Virus record (IMG/VR): IMGVR_UViG_3300011115_000699 | Location: 1 to 53,643 of that record | Source: a virus | Lineage: Duplodnaviria; Caudoviricetes | Length of the DNA: 53,643 nt | Reading direction: 5' to 3' (one strand) | Shown here: positions 11,501 to 21,232 of the stretch, piece by piece | How the letters are laid out: each line of letters starts with the position of its first letter | Numbering within the stretch: the stretch's first letter is position 1 | The notes under the pieces: model-generated | Database searches by the model: none | Told to the model about the DNA's origin: nothing | Seen by the model: only the letters and a program-made list of their open reading frames with translations | Position numbers and translations under genes: made by a program

Positions 11501-14500
11501 TAGCGTTGACGAGAAGACCGGTGAGATTATTGCTACAACTGGTAAGCCAGTTGCGGAAGATCAACCTGACGATGTGTATGACACGTCAGATGTGCAAACA
11601 GCCATGGCTTATCAAACGGATTCAGAATCCGAAGCAGGTGAGCCAACAGCACCACAGTTTGAGCCAGGGTCTACCACTCGTGGACGTGCAGCTATGGCTC
11701 GCAGATATCTACTTGGAAAAGTCAATGTAGCAGATATCTTTGCATTCAAACGTGAACGCACAGCGATTGAACAAGACCCAAGCCTTTCTCAGGCAGAGAA
11801 AGAAAAGAAAATCATCGAGTTAAACAACACCTACAAAGAGGTGCTTGATGATCTTATTAAAAAGGGAATATTCAACCTCAACCGGATTAGTACTGAGGCT
11901 CGTTTACCTGAAGGTATGCAAGCAACCGGCAGTCGTGAGGAACGATACGGATACAAGATTAAATCCAAGGAAGGTAATGATCTTACTCAGTTGCAATACG
12001 CTGAGACTGAACCAGCCGGTATCAATGACAAGGAAGTTGTGCAGACCGCTGTAAAGATGGGTAAGGATACATTCCTCCTGAATGCTATTCGTGTCAGTAA
12101 CAAACGGCAGTTTGCTGCTGTATTGGCGGAACAGTATAAAGTCAAGCCAGAAGTTGCTGGTTACATTGCGGACATTGTTGATCGCTTTGCGCGTGGATGG
12201 GCATTGGATAAAGTCAATGAACAAGTTGGTAGAGCGCATGACCTATTTGAAAGCACTGGTAAGTTACAGGAACACTTGGCTAACCGTAAACCAGGTGAAT
12301 ACGCTGATACTCGCGGTATGTACTTCCGTCAGTTTGCTCGTACAGAACCAGAAGTAAACAAAGCCGTCAGTGAGTTTATGCGCGAGTTTTATCGCGAGCG
12401 TTTTGCGGCATTCGCTGTACTTGATCAGGCTACTGCGTATGACGATAAGTATCGAGGAGCAATCTTCCGTGCAGTCAAGGAAAACAACACGGCATTCAAT
12501 GTCATAGTTGGATTCTCCAGCCGTAACGTGTCTACAGCCGTACACGAGATTGCACACGCTTTGCTTCGCGGTATGTCCGACAAGAACAAGGCGTTGGTCA
12601 TTGAGCGGTTCCATCATGCTGCTAGAGCAAAAGACAATAAGTTACCTTTAGACATCGAGGAAGCCTGGGCTGGCGCATTTGAAGCTGCGCTGATGCGTGG
12701 ACAATTTCCACAGAACTACGCTGCCCAAAAAGCATTCAAAGACTTCTCAGAAAAAGATCGCCTTCTATATGATCCTGTACTTCAGAATACATGGGAAGAA
12801 GTAGGTCGTTATCTTAACGGAGTACGTGAGCTTGTCATTAAAAAGCGTGACGAAGCAGGTCTTCCGACTAACGCTGAATATCGATCTGGTCAAGTATTTT
12901 GGGAAGCACCATATAAGACAAGTGAACGCCTGTTTAAGGGCATGAGCATTGAAGTCATGATGCCTGGTGGTACTAAACAGTTTGGCGTCGTAATGAAAGC
13001 GCAAGCACAAACCGGTTTGCCTGTTCAAGTACGATTGAATTCCGGAAGTGTTCAGTCAATCACGCCTAGTCAGATCACACGTATTGCGGGTTGGTCTGAT
13101 GGCTTTAACAGTGCAGTACTTGACCTGGTTGCTGGATTGACCAGGCAAAACTACACGCAACACATGAGAGAGTTGCAAGCATCAAACCCCGAATTATTCG
13201 CAGGGTTTAGTAAAAACAAGCCAACCATCACTGGGTCGTATGACACAGAGATTGCAACATCACCGCGTAAAATCACGTTTCAGACTAACGTCGAGAACCA
13301 ACTGAACCAAGATCAATGGTTTGCGACAAAAGAAGATGTCGCATCTGTTAAAAAAGGTGTTTCCGGATTAGTCAACTCTGGCAGAGTAGTCCTTGATGCC
13401 GAAGGCAAAGTAACCAGTGTTCTTGATCAGAACGGCAAGCCATCGTTTGCTTACTCGGTATTACAAACGGTAAATGGCTACACACCAGAAGCCGCCTTGG
13501 CAATGTATGCCATAACAGAGACACCCGAATACCGGAAGTGGAGCGGTGGCAAGCCGTTGGTAGAAGCTGTGTTCAACACAGATGTACGAGCCGATATGCC
13601 TGTCGGTCAACTGATGTCAGAAGAGCGCGTTATGATCCGCCAGATGATGGCTGGCGTCGAACTCTTGAAGGCATTGAAAGTTGCGCATCGTGGCGATAGA
13701 TCAGATGACCTAATCGCTGACATCGAGGTTCTATCAAAGGATTACTACGGATACAACACCCCGGATGCCAAGAAGGCTGCTGAGATGGCAGAGTTTTACA
13801 CCTCTGACACAGATGAAGCCAACGTAGCATTGACTGGACTGATATCTGCGCTTGACTACGAAATCAATAAGTCAACCAAGTTTGACATGATTCGTCCGAT
13901 CATTCAGTCATCCAATGATTACCGCGCAGCAATGCGGAAGCCTCGCACAGGCACAGGGTTTGTTACGATGGCGTTTCATCCGAACAACACTCACGCCTGG
14001 TTGCCGAGTGAAGGTGGATACATCATTCCAAATGGTGTCAGCGGAATTGATGGAGTCGGTCGTGGCGGTGCATACATCAGGCTAAACAATCCATTGGTTG
14101 TTGACTTGAAGAACAACGGTATGGCAACAGACCGTGTAGCCAAGTACAAAGCGCAAGCCAAGGCAGCTGGACGTGATTCAGTTGTACTCCTCAATGTACG
14201 ACACTCGGTTGGTGGCACAAGTACATTGCACAACATGGTTATCCCAATGAACAATCACCCACTGCGAGTGATGGATTCAATGGGCAAGATTAACCTGAGT
14301 ACCTTCTTCTCTGGTGGTGGTTTGATTGAAGCAGGAAGCAAGAATGTTGCTACACCTATCAAAGCTGTCGAGTTTGACAAGAACATTGCTTCCGTATACC
14401 GCAGTAACCATGGAGATCACGTAGAAGTTGGTGACGTGCGCAATGTTGATATTGCATCCATGGTTGGGACTGAATGGTTCCACGCATCACCGGTGTGCAA

Positions 14501-17039
14501 GAATTACTCTGTAGCCAGTACAGCCAAGACCGAATCGAATGAAGACATCACAACAGCAAAAGCAGTAGTCGATGTCGTTGATCGCATTCATCCACCTGTT
14601 GTCACTATTGAAAACGTTCGGCAGTATGACGGTACTGAAGCATTCAATATGATTATCGACGCTCTGGATCGTAATGGTTACAACCATCAGACCGCAGTCT
14701 ATAAGACTAGCGACTTTGCTGGAAGCACCATGCGCGAGCGTTTGCTTATCCGTGCGACTCGCGGTTTTGCATTACCACCTATTACGCAAAACAAGTTGTA
14801 CAAGGCTAAGTCTTGGTACGAAGCAGTCGAAGACTTGATTGACGATATGCCAATCGGACAACTGACACAGCAACAAGCAAAGCAGTTTACTGATCGTGGT
14901 ATGGACCTTGCTACGATTGATCAGCCGTATCTTGTACAGAGTACAAGTAAAGGTGCGCCACAAAAGATGTACGGTCCAGCATACACAGTCATGGCTGGCA
15001 CTGGTCAAGCGATGCGTATTGTATTACCTGGTGGCATTGTCAAGGTTGTGACTGATCGTGCATTGGCACGATGGCAGGGTTTGCCAGATAGTTACGTATT
15101 GCCTAAAGCACACACTCTTGCCAATAAGGTTGTAGGTAATGGTGTCCCTACTGAGTTGACTAAGTATGTTCTTTCACCAGTGGCTGAAGCGTACATGAAA
15201 CACAAAGCAGAACAAACCGCAAAGTCTGCTATGCGTGAAACAGAAATGGCGTTCCAATCTACCGGTGAAGAAGAGATGGCATTTGAATCTCCATACGAAC
15301 CAACCATGGCGATGGGTAACCGGGTATACCGCCAACCAGCCAGCCCTGGTGCGCCATCCACGGTTACGCGCATCATGCCACGAAGTAGCCCATCTGGTTA
15401 CGGTAGGTGGTGGGCAGCTATTGACTTCCTAAACGACGTCACACGTATGGTGTTGTCTGGAGACTTAGCATTTACTACACTCCAGGCAGGTATCATCGGT
15501 CTCTCAAACCCAAAGGTTGGTTTTGCAGCTTTCGTGGCTGGACTTAAAGGGTTTGCACCGAATATGCAAATCGTAGTCAATGGTAAAAAGATTGGCACAC
15601 GCAAATTCGGACGTGAGGTTTATCACCAGGTCGGCGATCAGATGCGAGCCAACCCGGCATACGAACTTGCGCGTGAAGCCGGTCTCAAGTTACAGATGTT
15701 TGAGATTGATGAGCGGTTCAATGATATGCGCCAGGTTGAGTTGGCAAACCTTCGTAATGAAGACCCAACGGCAACACTGGCCGACACCAAGACCACGCTC
15801 ATGGATGTGGATGAACTTGGTACAAACGACGAGTGGTACATGAAGAACCGTTTGACTGCTCACCTTCCAGGCCAAGGGCAGTTCGAGCGGTACAACAGCA
15901 TCTTGCATGACACCATCCTTCTTACCCAGTTTGATAACTGGTACAAGACATTGTTGTCGCAAGGATACGAACCAGGATCCGCTAAGTTTACGAAGGCAAT
16001 GCAAGACAGTGCGCGTATTCTAAACGTGTCCATTGGTGACATCCAATACTCGACAGATACAACTAAAGATGCAGCCGCAAGTCGTATTGCAAAGGTTCTG
16101 TTTACAGCACCTCGATGGTTGATGTCTCGTGCATTGATTGATCCATTCATCAACACTGGTCTGTCTAACCTGTCGTGGGTACGTGATGTCATGGGGCATG
16201 ACAACCCAGTCTTTGATCTGTACAAGAATGGCTCTGTTGATCCGGAGGTACGCAAACTAGGACTTAGTATGTGGCTCCGCGTTGCTGGCGCTCAGATTGC
16301 AATGATGCTGATGGCAATCCTGTATCAAAACTGGAGTCCAGACGTAGAGGCTAACGCAGACAAGAGCTTTGGACGTGTTCGCATAGGTGACTTCCGCTTT
16401 GATCCTCCCTCCGGTGTCTTTGACCACTACCGCCTTGGCATTCGTTTGTACCAGGCTATGTTGTCTACTGATCCAAAGAACGTACAGAAGGCAGAGAAGT
16501 CGGGTGTGCCTCTTTGGTACTACCAAGTACAAGACCTTCAGAAGGAAATCCAGTACAAGTCAAGCCCACTGGTCAACACCGTTGTGTCAATGTTTGGTGG
16601 CAATGACCCAGCTGCATTCTTCGGTGGCATTGAAGGCATCCAGAATGCCCAGGCTAAGTCTGTGGTTGGTGAACCGTATTACGGAACAAACGAACCGGCT
16701 CAATTCTTCTACGACAGTTTCATCAAGGAACGTGTTCGTGAGTTGTTTGGTTCACAAGTAGCAGATAATGGTGGATTCAGTAATGCATTCATCGAACGGT
16801 TACCGACAGTGTTCCCGCAGTTTATGGATGCGTACTACCGAGCATACGAGTATGATCGCCCACCTCTGGCTTACGCTCTAGCCAACATGATTCCTAACTT
16901 CCTTGGACTCAAGGTTGAAGTGACTCCGGCTGAATACTTGAAAGATCGAGTCAAGGATCGTAATGAAGTCACCGAATCACCCAATATACTAAGGCTCATA
17001 GCCGAAGGTGAAGGACGAAAGGTAATCACAGGACAATAA
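8511..17039 (+). CDS. Giant polyvalent internal virion protein with HExxH motif, degenerate ART-like region and C5 DNA methyltransferase domain
   Basis: 2842 aa; Gly-rich N-terminal segment; HEIAH at 12543-12557; YIRLNNPLVVD..GRDSVV near 14070-14190; MTase motifs FSGGG, SPVC, IENV, RER, ARWQGLP, GNGVP at about 14292-15200. Confidence 0.8.
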   Translation: MSNEKPLTKDQQVEKTAQSLQARYGFNTLSGRTKALYEGSKHDDILFSKKYKDTLMQSKRDGLISSKDAQRIGSYMAERAVELANNGQASGFTPEGEYKPWVSKADMRKQRQSAKAQYGEDIQQVAAADRAQMQSMGFNRSDLENQGYKLPEGTPFASGYEMPITGAGFAKDPLHELGIYGQTAAQGIVGGQQGLSQIPQALGARMMGQDPSAVVQEGTPGFEAGQVTGQRFAGSVAALPITVPAMSGGGAAGSAIGGGIGGLLGPGGRVAGQVIGGFLGGAAGAYGGHYLANLAGTGAMNMLLGQAANAKLSQKQNEMADKYPLAARYGESALEVSMFAPRIKPEGFSTRLAAQGYKQSGLGGLRQGITDQGAFLNSFVEGGGEGALSLWQAKKQSDREKELGMPGKSAMDILAEGAFGALFQKETKFGKKVFGTLSGRDFMDNRANAMPQFNPTSVEGLAGKAATAPSTGVDTATMTPEGWKRINLGGRIKGGVDKEGNPIVTGARYAVYNPTERKASIYTDNDFALTGERTRNAAFNLTVADNLFKHNPIMGYKDPVEGVQRTILGITRDAGVRVRDINNDLTSTIKVVPLSEIRDKKVAKRIDEVMQEQGVLANKAPAPHTPEAFANADKIAFPDEVALDEGAPVAARVVSQIGKKSSNMYVVALPDGSHIRANGGSINVGKPGSVLVRGKLSEGMFPTSLSDLVAPKGGLENQAFIKDGEDFHHLQLTPDQKSIYARVKNSFAAEIRAAKDEPDDARREAMIGIVKNKMGEEFARVATIAAPSGKFKDADVIDINLEQSKFKGVPQTAIVVGRNKFGYQVRLVDHDGIGEFTVPESLIAGYDPSMGMPDAETNFEGPTADGAMPKSAMPGPGTVPIGRPLGPGPRPKVATSVVREGDSPTVDTNPDADNVDFHELPEPIRARINNTLTRHGDHIKGLGIGNAITINENSANAIHDITIKRIDPTSWQYTLRTSDVDPKSRVVTNQFVSDYTLSVDEKTGEIIATTGKPVAEDQPDDVYDTSDVQTAMAYQTDSESEAGEPTAPQFEPGSTTRGRAAMARRYLLGKVNVADIFAFKRERTAIEQDPSLSQAEKEKKIIELNNTYKEVLDDLIKKGIFNLNRISTEARLPEGMQATGSREERYGYKIKSKEGNDLTQLQYAETEPAGINDKEVVQTAVKMGKDTFLLNAIRVSNKRQFAAVLAEQYKVKPEVAGYIADIVDRFARGWALDKVNEQVGRAHDLFESTGKLQEHLANRKPGEYADTRGMYFRQFARTEPEVNKAVSEFMREFYRERFAAFAVLDQATAYDDKYRGAIFRAVKENNTAFNVIVGFSSRNVSTAVHEIAHALLRGMSDKNKALVIERFHHAARAKDNKLPLDIEEAWAGAFEAALMRGQFPQNYAAQKAFKDFSEKDRLLYDPVLQNTWEEVGRYLNGVRELVIKKRDEAGLPTNAEYRSGQVFWEAPYKTSERLFKGMSIEVMMPGGTKQFGVVMKAQAQTGLPVQVRLNSGSVQSITPSQITRIAGWSDGFNSAVLDLVAGLTRQNYTQHMRELQASNPELFAGFSKNKPTITGSYDTEIATSPRKITFQTNVENQLNQDQWFATKEDVASVKKGVSGLVNSGRVVLDAEGKVTSVLDQNGKPSFAYSVLQTVNGYTPEAALAMYAITETPEYRKWSGGKPLVEAVFNTDVRADMPVGQLMSEERVMIRQMMAGVELLKALKVAHRGDRSDDLIADIEVLSKDYYGYNTPDAKKAAEMAEFYTSDTDEANVALTGLISALDYEINKSTKFDMIRPIIQSSNDYRAAMRKPRTGTGFVTMAFHPNNTHAWLPSEGGYIIPNGVSGIDGVGRGGAYIRLNNPLVVDLKNNGMATDRVAKYKAQAKAAGRDSVVLLNVRHSVGGTSTLHNMVIPMNNHPLRVMDSMGKINLSTFFSGGGLIEAGSKNVATPIKAVEFDKNIASVYRSNHGDHVEVGDVRNVDIASMVGTEWFHASPVCKNYSVASTAKTESNEDITTAKAVVDVVDRIHPPVVTIENVRQYDGTEAFNMIIDALDRNGYNHQTAVYKTSDFAGSTMRERLLIRATRGFALPPITQNKLYKAKSWYEAVEDLIDDMPIGQLTQQQAKQFTDRGMDLATIDQPYLVQSTSKGAPQKMYGPAYTVMAGTGQAMRIVLPGGIVKVVTDRALARWQGLPDSYVLPKAHTLANKVVGNGVPTELTKYVLSPVAEAYMKHKAEQTAKSAMRETEMAFQSTGEEEMAFESPYEPTMAMGNRVYRQPASPGAPSTVTRIMPRSSPSGYGRWWAAIDFLNDVTRMVLSGDLAFTTLQAGIIGLSNPKVGFAAFVAGLKGFAPNMQIVVNGKKIGTRKFGREVYHQVGDQMRANPAYELAREAGLKLQMFEIDERFNDMRQVELANLRNEDPTATLADTKTTLMDVDELGTNDEWYMKNRLTAHLPGQGQFERYNSILHDTILLTQFDNWYKTLLSQGYEPGSAKFTKAMQDSARILNVSIGDIQYSTDTTKDAAASRIAKVLFTAPRWLMSRALIDPFINTGLSNLSWVRDVMGHDNPVFDLYKNGSVDPEVRKLGLSMWLRVAGAQIAMMLMAILYQNWSPDVEANADKSFGRVRIGDFRFDPPSGVFDHYRLGIRLYQAMLSTDPKNVQKAEKSGVPLWYYQVQDLQKEIQYKSSPLVNTVVSMFGGNDPAAFFGGIEGIQNAQAKSVVGEPYYGTNEPAQFFYDSFIKERVRELFGSQVADNGGFSNAFIERLPTVFPQFMDAYYRAYEYDRPPLAYALANMIPNFLGLKVEVTPAEYLKDRVKDRNEVTESPNILRLIAEGEGRKVITGQ

Positions 17040-17040
17040 C

Positions 17041-17832
17041 ATGGGTGACCGAGACATATTCATTGAGATTGCACGGAAGTACGTTGGTATCAAAGAAGAG
17101 CCAGAAGGAAGCAATCGCAGTCCGATTATTGACGAATGGAACCTCCAGGTCGGAGTGCCTGTAGGTTCTTTCTGGTGCGCATCGTTTGTATCAGAGGTTG
17201 CTAAGGAATGGTCGCATCAAGTAGGCGATCACTTCCCTATGCCTTTGAGTGCATCGTGTGACCATTGGCTCAACGTTGCAGAACAACGCAACTTGTTGTC
17301 TGACGTACCAGGTCGTGCGTCAATCGGGCTTGTTATGAATCCAAAGAACGCATGGGATGCTACGCATATCTTCATCGTTGAGGGAATGAAGGATGGGCTT
17401 TGGTCTTCCATTGAAGGTAACTCCAACAGCGGTGGTAGCCGTAACGGTACATCCGTTGCGCGTCGAGCAAACTGCATGGCAGGACGATCTCGCGTCAAGT
17501 TTATCCATTGGTATGAAGGTGACGACCCACAGATTCCTTGGCATCTGTCTATTAACGTAGGTGGAACCAAGAAGTCTATCGAGTTGCAAACTGTAGGTAA
17601 TAACACTTACTTGCCTGTGCGCTCCACGCTCAAAGAGTTGGGCCTGGACACAAGTCTCCTTACATTCAACGGTCAGCCAATGTACAACGGCATCAAGATG
17701 AAAGATGTCCTTGTCATTAAAGGGTCAACCCACATGAAGGTCCGAGCTTTCTGTGAGTTATTCTCTCTTCCGTTTACGATTAACAACTCCACAAAGGTAA
17801 TATCCGTAAGTGAAAAAACATCCTGGCTTTAA
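17041..17832 (+). CDS. Endolysin, CHAP-like peptidase with C-terminal copper-amine-oxidase-N-like domain
   Basis: ARKYVGIKE..N, WCASFVS, HIFIV, IEGNS motifs; YLPVR..LG C-terminal motif. Confidence 0.8.
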   Translation: MGDRDIFIEIARKYVGIKEEPEGSNRSPIIDEWNLQVGVPVGSFWCASFVSEVAKEWSHQVGDHFPMPLSASCDHWLNVAEQRNLLSDVPGRASIGLVMNPKNAWDATHIFIVEGMKDGLWSSIEGNSNSGGSRNGTSVARRANCMAGRSRVKFIHWYEGDDPQIPWHLSINVGGTKKSIELQTVGNNTYLPVRSTLKELGLDTSLLTFNGQPMYNGIKMKDVLVIKGSTHMKVRAFCELFSLPFTINNSTKVISVSEKTSWL

Positions 17833-17965
17833 GGCTGTTCAAGGTCAAATTGCGAAGAAACAAGGTGTTTCGTCCGAGGTGGCCGCGGCCATCTTGGCAT
17901 CTGCAAGCCGTCGTGCTTCTCCGAGTGCCAAGAAAGCGAATCCTCGTCTAAAGAAAGTGAAGTAG
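17810..17965 (+). CDS. Small basic protein, 51 aa (MKKHPGFKAVQ...ANPRLKKVK), absent from ORF track
   Basis: GTG 17810 to TAG 17965, translated by hand; HPGFKAVQ..IA..AAILA..R.AS..AK.ANPRL pattern recalled from small phage proteins. Confidence 0.6.
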   Translation: MKKHPGFKAVQGQIAKKQGVSSEVAAAILASASRRASPSAKKANPRLKKVK

Positions 17966-18281
17966 GTGGATCAATAGGATTCCACACGTCATCGATATCC
18001 CTGCGCCCGATCACACAGGTCATGCCAGGGATTATCTTTACCTCGTCTACGGACAGCCAGTCTGGGATCTTCTCGTAGTCAATCTTCACTACCCCTAACT
18101 TCATCGCTGCTCGCCATTCATTTGTGACATCCAATAGTTTAAAAAGATGCCAAGTTTCTTGCTGTAGCGCAAACTTAGTAATGCCTAGCCGTCTAGCAGC
18201 TGTCTCTCGATCTGGTGATAGCAACAAAGCAAAGCAAACCATACGCATCCAGTTGCTAACCCGTTTCCTTGGTCGTTTCAT
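17829..18281 (-). CDS. Hypothetical protein with degenerate LuxR-like HTH
   Basis: RETAARRLGIT..LFKLLDV..AAMKLG resembles a LuxR C-terminal domain; start overlaps dnaB stop. Confidence 0.45.
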   Translation of the reverse strand: MKRPRKRVSNWMRMVCFALLLSPDRETAARRLGITKFALQQETWHLFKLLDVTNEWRAAMKLGVVKIDYEKIPDWLSVDEVKIIPGMTCVIGRRDIDDVWNPIDPPTSLSLDEDSLSWHSEKHDGLQMPRWPRPPRTKHLVSSQFDLEQP

Positions 18282-19660
18282 AGTAGTGTTGGCTCCAACT
18301 CAGCAAAGGTACCACGGGATGGCATGAAAGATAGTCGGACAATCCCTACGGGTCCATTCCTGTTCTTCCCGATGACCACCTCAGTCTCATCCTCTATCTC
18401 ATCTCGTAGTTGAGTAGGTTCGTAGTAGGATGGACGATAGAGGAACATCGCTATGTCTGCGTCACTCTCGATGTCTCCCGACTCGCGTAGGTCAGACATC
18501 ACAGGACGCTTATCCTCGCGCTTGTCAGCCGATCTATTGAGGGATGACAATGCCATGACAGGACAATCCATCTCACGTGCCAGGCCCTTGAGGAATCTAC
18601 TGAGGTTGCCAACTTCTGTCACACGATTGATACCTGGGGTTGCAATCATCTGCAAGTAGTCAACCACGATGAAGTCTATAGGTGCCTTGTTGGCGAGCTT
18701 GACGCACTTGGTACGTATGTCATGCGTTGTCATAGGGTTAGCTGCCGCCAAGTAGATTGGCATATCAAATAAGTCTGCCCGTGCTTGACGTAGTTGCATC
18801 ATTTCTGACGGAGACAAGACGGAGTTCTGTAGCCGGGTAAGATCGATGCCGGTTTGCATTGACAACAAACGATGCGTTGTCATCTGCTCGCTCATCTCGA
18901 TGGATACAAATAGTGCAGTCTTCCCAGCCTTGGCGGCGTTCATCATCAGGTTCAAAGCAAACGCAGACTTACCCATCGATGGTCGGGCGCCCAGGATCAG
19001 CAACTCGCCCTTGCGCCATCCACCAGTGACGGTGTCTAACGATGTCCATCCACTAGATATACCGCCAAGGCGGAACCCAGGTTTACGGTTACCAATCTCA
19101 TCGATGACAGGCTTGATGCTGTCATCAAGGTGGATGGCATCATTACTCTTGCCACCCATGATGCCCTTGGTCTTGAGGGTGAATGTATCAGCGACCTGGA
19201 TGGCTGTGTATTCACCAGACATAACGTCCTTGACCATCTGGTGGGCTACCTCGATGATAGATCGCTTGTCTGAGTCGTGTCTGACTTGATCCGCATACGA
19301 CATCGCGTTCGACACGGTAGGTACAAACTCACCTATCTGCATCAGGAATGCAATACCACCACAATCCTCAAGTAAGTCCTTAGCCTTCAGCTCTTCCATC
19401 ACAGTGACGATATCAATGGGCGTCTCGTTTACTGCACACGACTTCATCGCTTCATAGATGCGACCATGGGCCTGGCGATAGAACAGCGACCCACCTGGTA
19501 CAACAGACTCCACCTTTGTAAGAGTCCTGATCCCACCCAACATCACCGCACCAAGTAATGACATCTCTGCTTCAATCGAGTGAGGTATCTCCCTCGATGA
19601 ACCCCCAAGTAGATTCATTGAGTTGTTTAAATTGTAAGTTGTGTTTCTTTCCGACTTCAT
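18278..19660 (-). CDS. dnaB: Replicative DNA helicase
   Basis: PHSIEAE, GARPSMGKS Walker A, SIEM, VVDYLQM, SDLRESGDIESDAD, KNRNGP. Start may be 19618. Confidence 0.97.
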   Translation of the reverse strand: MKSERNTTYNLNNSMNLLGGSSREIPHSIEAEMSLLGAVMLGGIRTLTKVESVVPGGSLFYRQAHGRIYEAMKSCAVNETPIDIVTVMEELKAKDLLEDCGGIAFLMQIGEFVPTVSNAMSYADQVRHDSDKRSIIEVAHQMVKDVMSGEYTAIQVADTFTLKTKGIMGGKSNDAIHLDDSIKPVIDEIGNRKPGFRLGGISSGWTSLDTVTGGWRKGELLILGARPSMGKSAFALNLMMNAAKAGKTALFVSIEMSEQMTTHRLLSMQTGIDLTRLQNSVLSPSEMMQLRQARADLFDMPIYLAAANPMTTHDIRTKCVKLANKAPIDFIVVDYLQMIATPGINRVTEVGNLSRFLKGLAREMDCPVMALSSLNRSADKREDKRPVMSDLRESGDIESDADIAMFLYRPSYYEPTQLRDEIEDETEVVIGKNRNGPVGIVRLSFMPSRGTFAELEPTLL

Positions 19661-19877
19661 CTAGATAAAACTCCATGGAGTAAAGGACGGTCTCGTACTC
19701 GTCCGATGTTGTACAGGCTATGTATTGTCTTCGTAAGTGTAAATGTACGTGTCTGGAACAATAGCGTCTGGTGAAGGTTAGTAAGGCTGCCGTCGTGACG
19801 GGGTCACCCGTACAGCCTTTGATCTCGTCCCCTGGCTTAGGTGACGGACGCAATCGCCTTGACAACACCACTGCCAA
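19572..19877 (-). CDS. Hypothetical protein
   Basis: Fills the gap between loader and dnaB; overlaps both; no motif. Confidence 0.3.
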   Translation of the reverse strand: MAVVLSRRLRPSPKPGDEIKGCTGDPVTTAALLTFTRRYCSRHVHLHLRRQYIACTTSDEYETVLYSMEFYLDEVGKKHNLQFKQLNESTWGFIEGDTSLD

Positions 19878-20367
19878 TCGACTTCAATCCATCAGGTGGT
19901 GATGCCAGCAACTCATCGAAATCCATGGAGTCATAACATCCACCAAGAACCTTCTCGATCAACCGAAGGTTATCTTCGCTACTCCTGGTGGCTGTCTCCC
20001 GCCATCCACCAAGTTTGTTCACGACATCACCAATGATCGGATTCATCTTCCCTTGGTTAGTCATCTTCTCAGTGAATGCATCACGTTGAGTTGGATGCAC
20101 CTTGATGATGAAACTGGATATCTGTCCTTGGACTTGCATCGGCGAGAGCTGTGGCACGATTAACTGCATAGCAATCTTCCGCAACTCGGCTGGAGTTGGT
20201 CTAAAGTTGCAAGTAAGCAATGCCTTTTTCACAGCATATTCTACGATAGTGTCATCCCAATCCTTGAGCGCATAGGCATACATGACTGCCACGCGCTCGT
20301 CCCATTGCACCTGTGCTGGCATTACAGCCAATAGGTTTGAAACAATTCTAAATGTATCGTCTCTCAT
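19837..20367 (-). CDS. Helicase loader/inhibitor (G39P-like)
   Basis: GGAGG SD before ATG 20367; L.D..V..A..FRPTPAELR motif and ..LGGW; between initiator and dnaB. Confidence 0.6.
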   Translation of the reverse strand: MRDDTFRIVSNLLAVMPAQVQWDERVAVMYAYALKDWDDTIVEYAVKKALLTCNFRPTPAELRKIAMQLIVPQLSPMQVQGQISSFIIKVHPTQRDAFTEKMTNQGKMNPIIGDVVNKLGGWRETATRSSEDNLRLIEKVLGGCYDSMDFDELLASPPDGLKSIGSGVVKAIASVT

Positions 20368-20398
20368 ACTTCCTCCTCGTCCTTTGTACCCGCAAGTA

Positions 20399-21232
20399 TC
20401 AGTCTGTGCAAGGCCCACGAACAGACCTTAGTGCCGCTGATGCCATGTCGTTGATATCTGTCACCTTCTTCATGGCAGATGGCAATGTTGACCTATTGTC
20501 CGATGCCGCCGCCGACCAGTGCTTCCAGAGAGAGCGCACGGTAACCATGGTTGACTGCTTCCATTGTCGATGAAGGTTACGTGTTCTGATACCAACCTCA
20601 TCAGCGGTAACACCCGACCGAATCATCTCCCGTAACACCAGGTGAACACCCTGCCACTCCCCAACACTAAACTCCAGTGGATAAGACAGCGCTTCCCTAT
20701 AGGCTTGGTAAAGGATCAATGCTGGATCATCATCCTTTGGTAATCCAACCATTGACTTAGCCTTCTTGGGGACTATAGGGGTAATTACTTCTTTCTTAAT
20801 CTGGTTCAATGTAATGGGGGGTATAAAATCTGTCCCCTCCAGGGATATAAAATTTGTCCCCTCCCTCTGCTTTTCAAAGTCATCTATCTGATCCTGAGTT
20901 GGCATCACAATGTAGAGGTTACTTGTCTGCCGTCCGTTCTCCGCCCGTCTTTCACTCACTGCAAGTACTCTCTGAGACCCCACAGTGACCGTACAGAGAC
21001 GTTTGATGGCGGTCTTGACAGTTTGCTCACTGAGTCCTGTCTGCCGGGCTAGTTTAGCCAAACTCGGCCAGCACACATTCGTGCTTCCGATGTGCATCAT
21101 CAAGCACGTCATCACCATCCAGTCAGATGGCTGGAACAGATGCAGGTTTTCGACAAGCTCTGTCTCCAGCCTGATGAACGTCACGTTCTCTACTCGTGAT
21201 CCATACGACCGTCCACTGAATACACCTATCAT
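20399..21232 (-). CDS. Replication initiator (HTH_36-type N-terminus)
   Basis: CWPSLAKLARQTGLSEQTVKTAIKRL..RQTSNLY; internal direct repeats. Confidence 0.8.
   Translation of the reverse strand: MIGVFSGRSYGSRVENVTFIRLETELVENLHLFQPSDWMVMTCLMMHIGSTNVCWPSLAKLARQTGLSEQTVKTAIKRLCTVTVGSQRVLAVSERRAENGRQTSNLYIVMPTQDQIDDFEKQREGTNFISLEGTDFIPPITLNQIKKEVITPIVPKKAKSMVGLPKDDDPALILYQAYREALSYPLEFSVGEWQGVHLVLREMIRSGVTADEVGIRTRNLHRQWKQSTMVTVRSLWKHWSAAASDNRSTLPSAMKKVTDINDMASAALRSVRGPCTD
20822..20864. repeat. Two 19-bp iteron-like direct repeats inside the initiator gene (probable origin)
   Basis: TATAAAATCTGTCCCCTCC (20822) and TATAAAATTTGTCCCCTCC (20846), 24-bp period. Confidence 0.65.

Noticed and set aside
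8511-17039. N4-like virion RNA polymerase, suggested by size and GNA hairpins
   Set aside because: No T7-family or multisubunit polymerase catalytic motifs recognised; only structure prediction could revive the idea.
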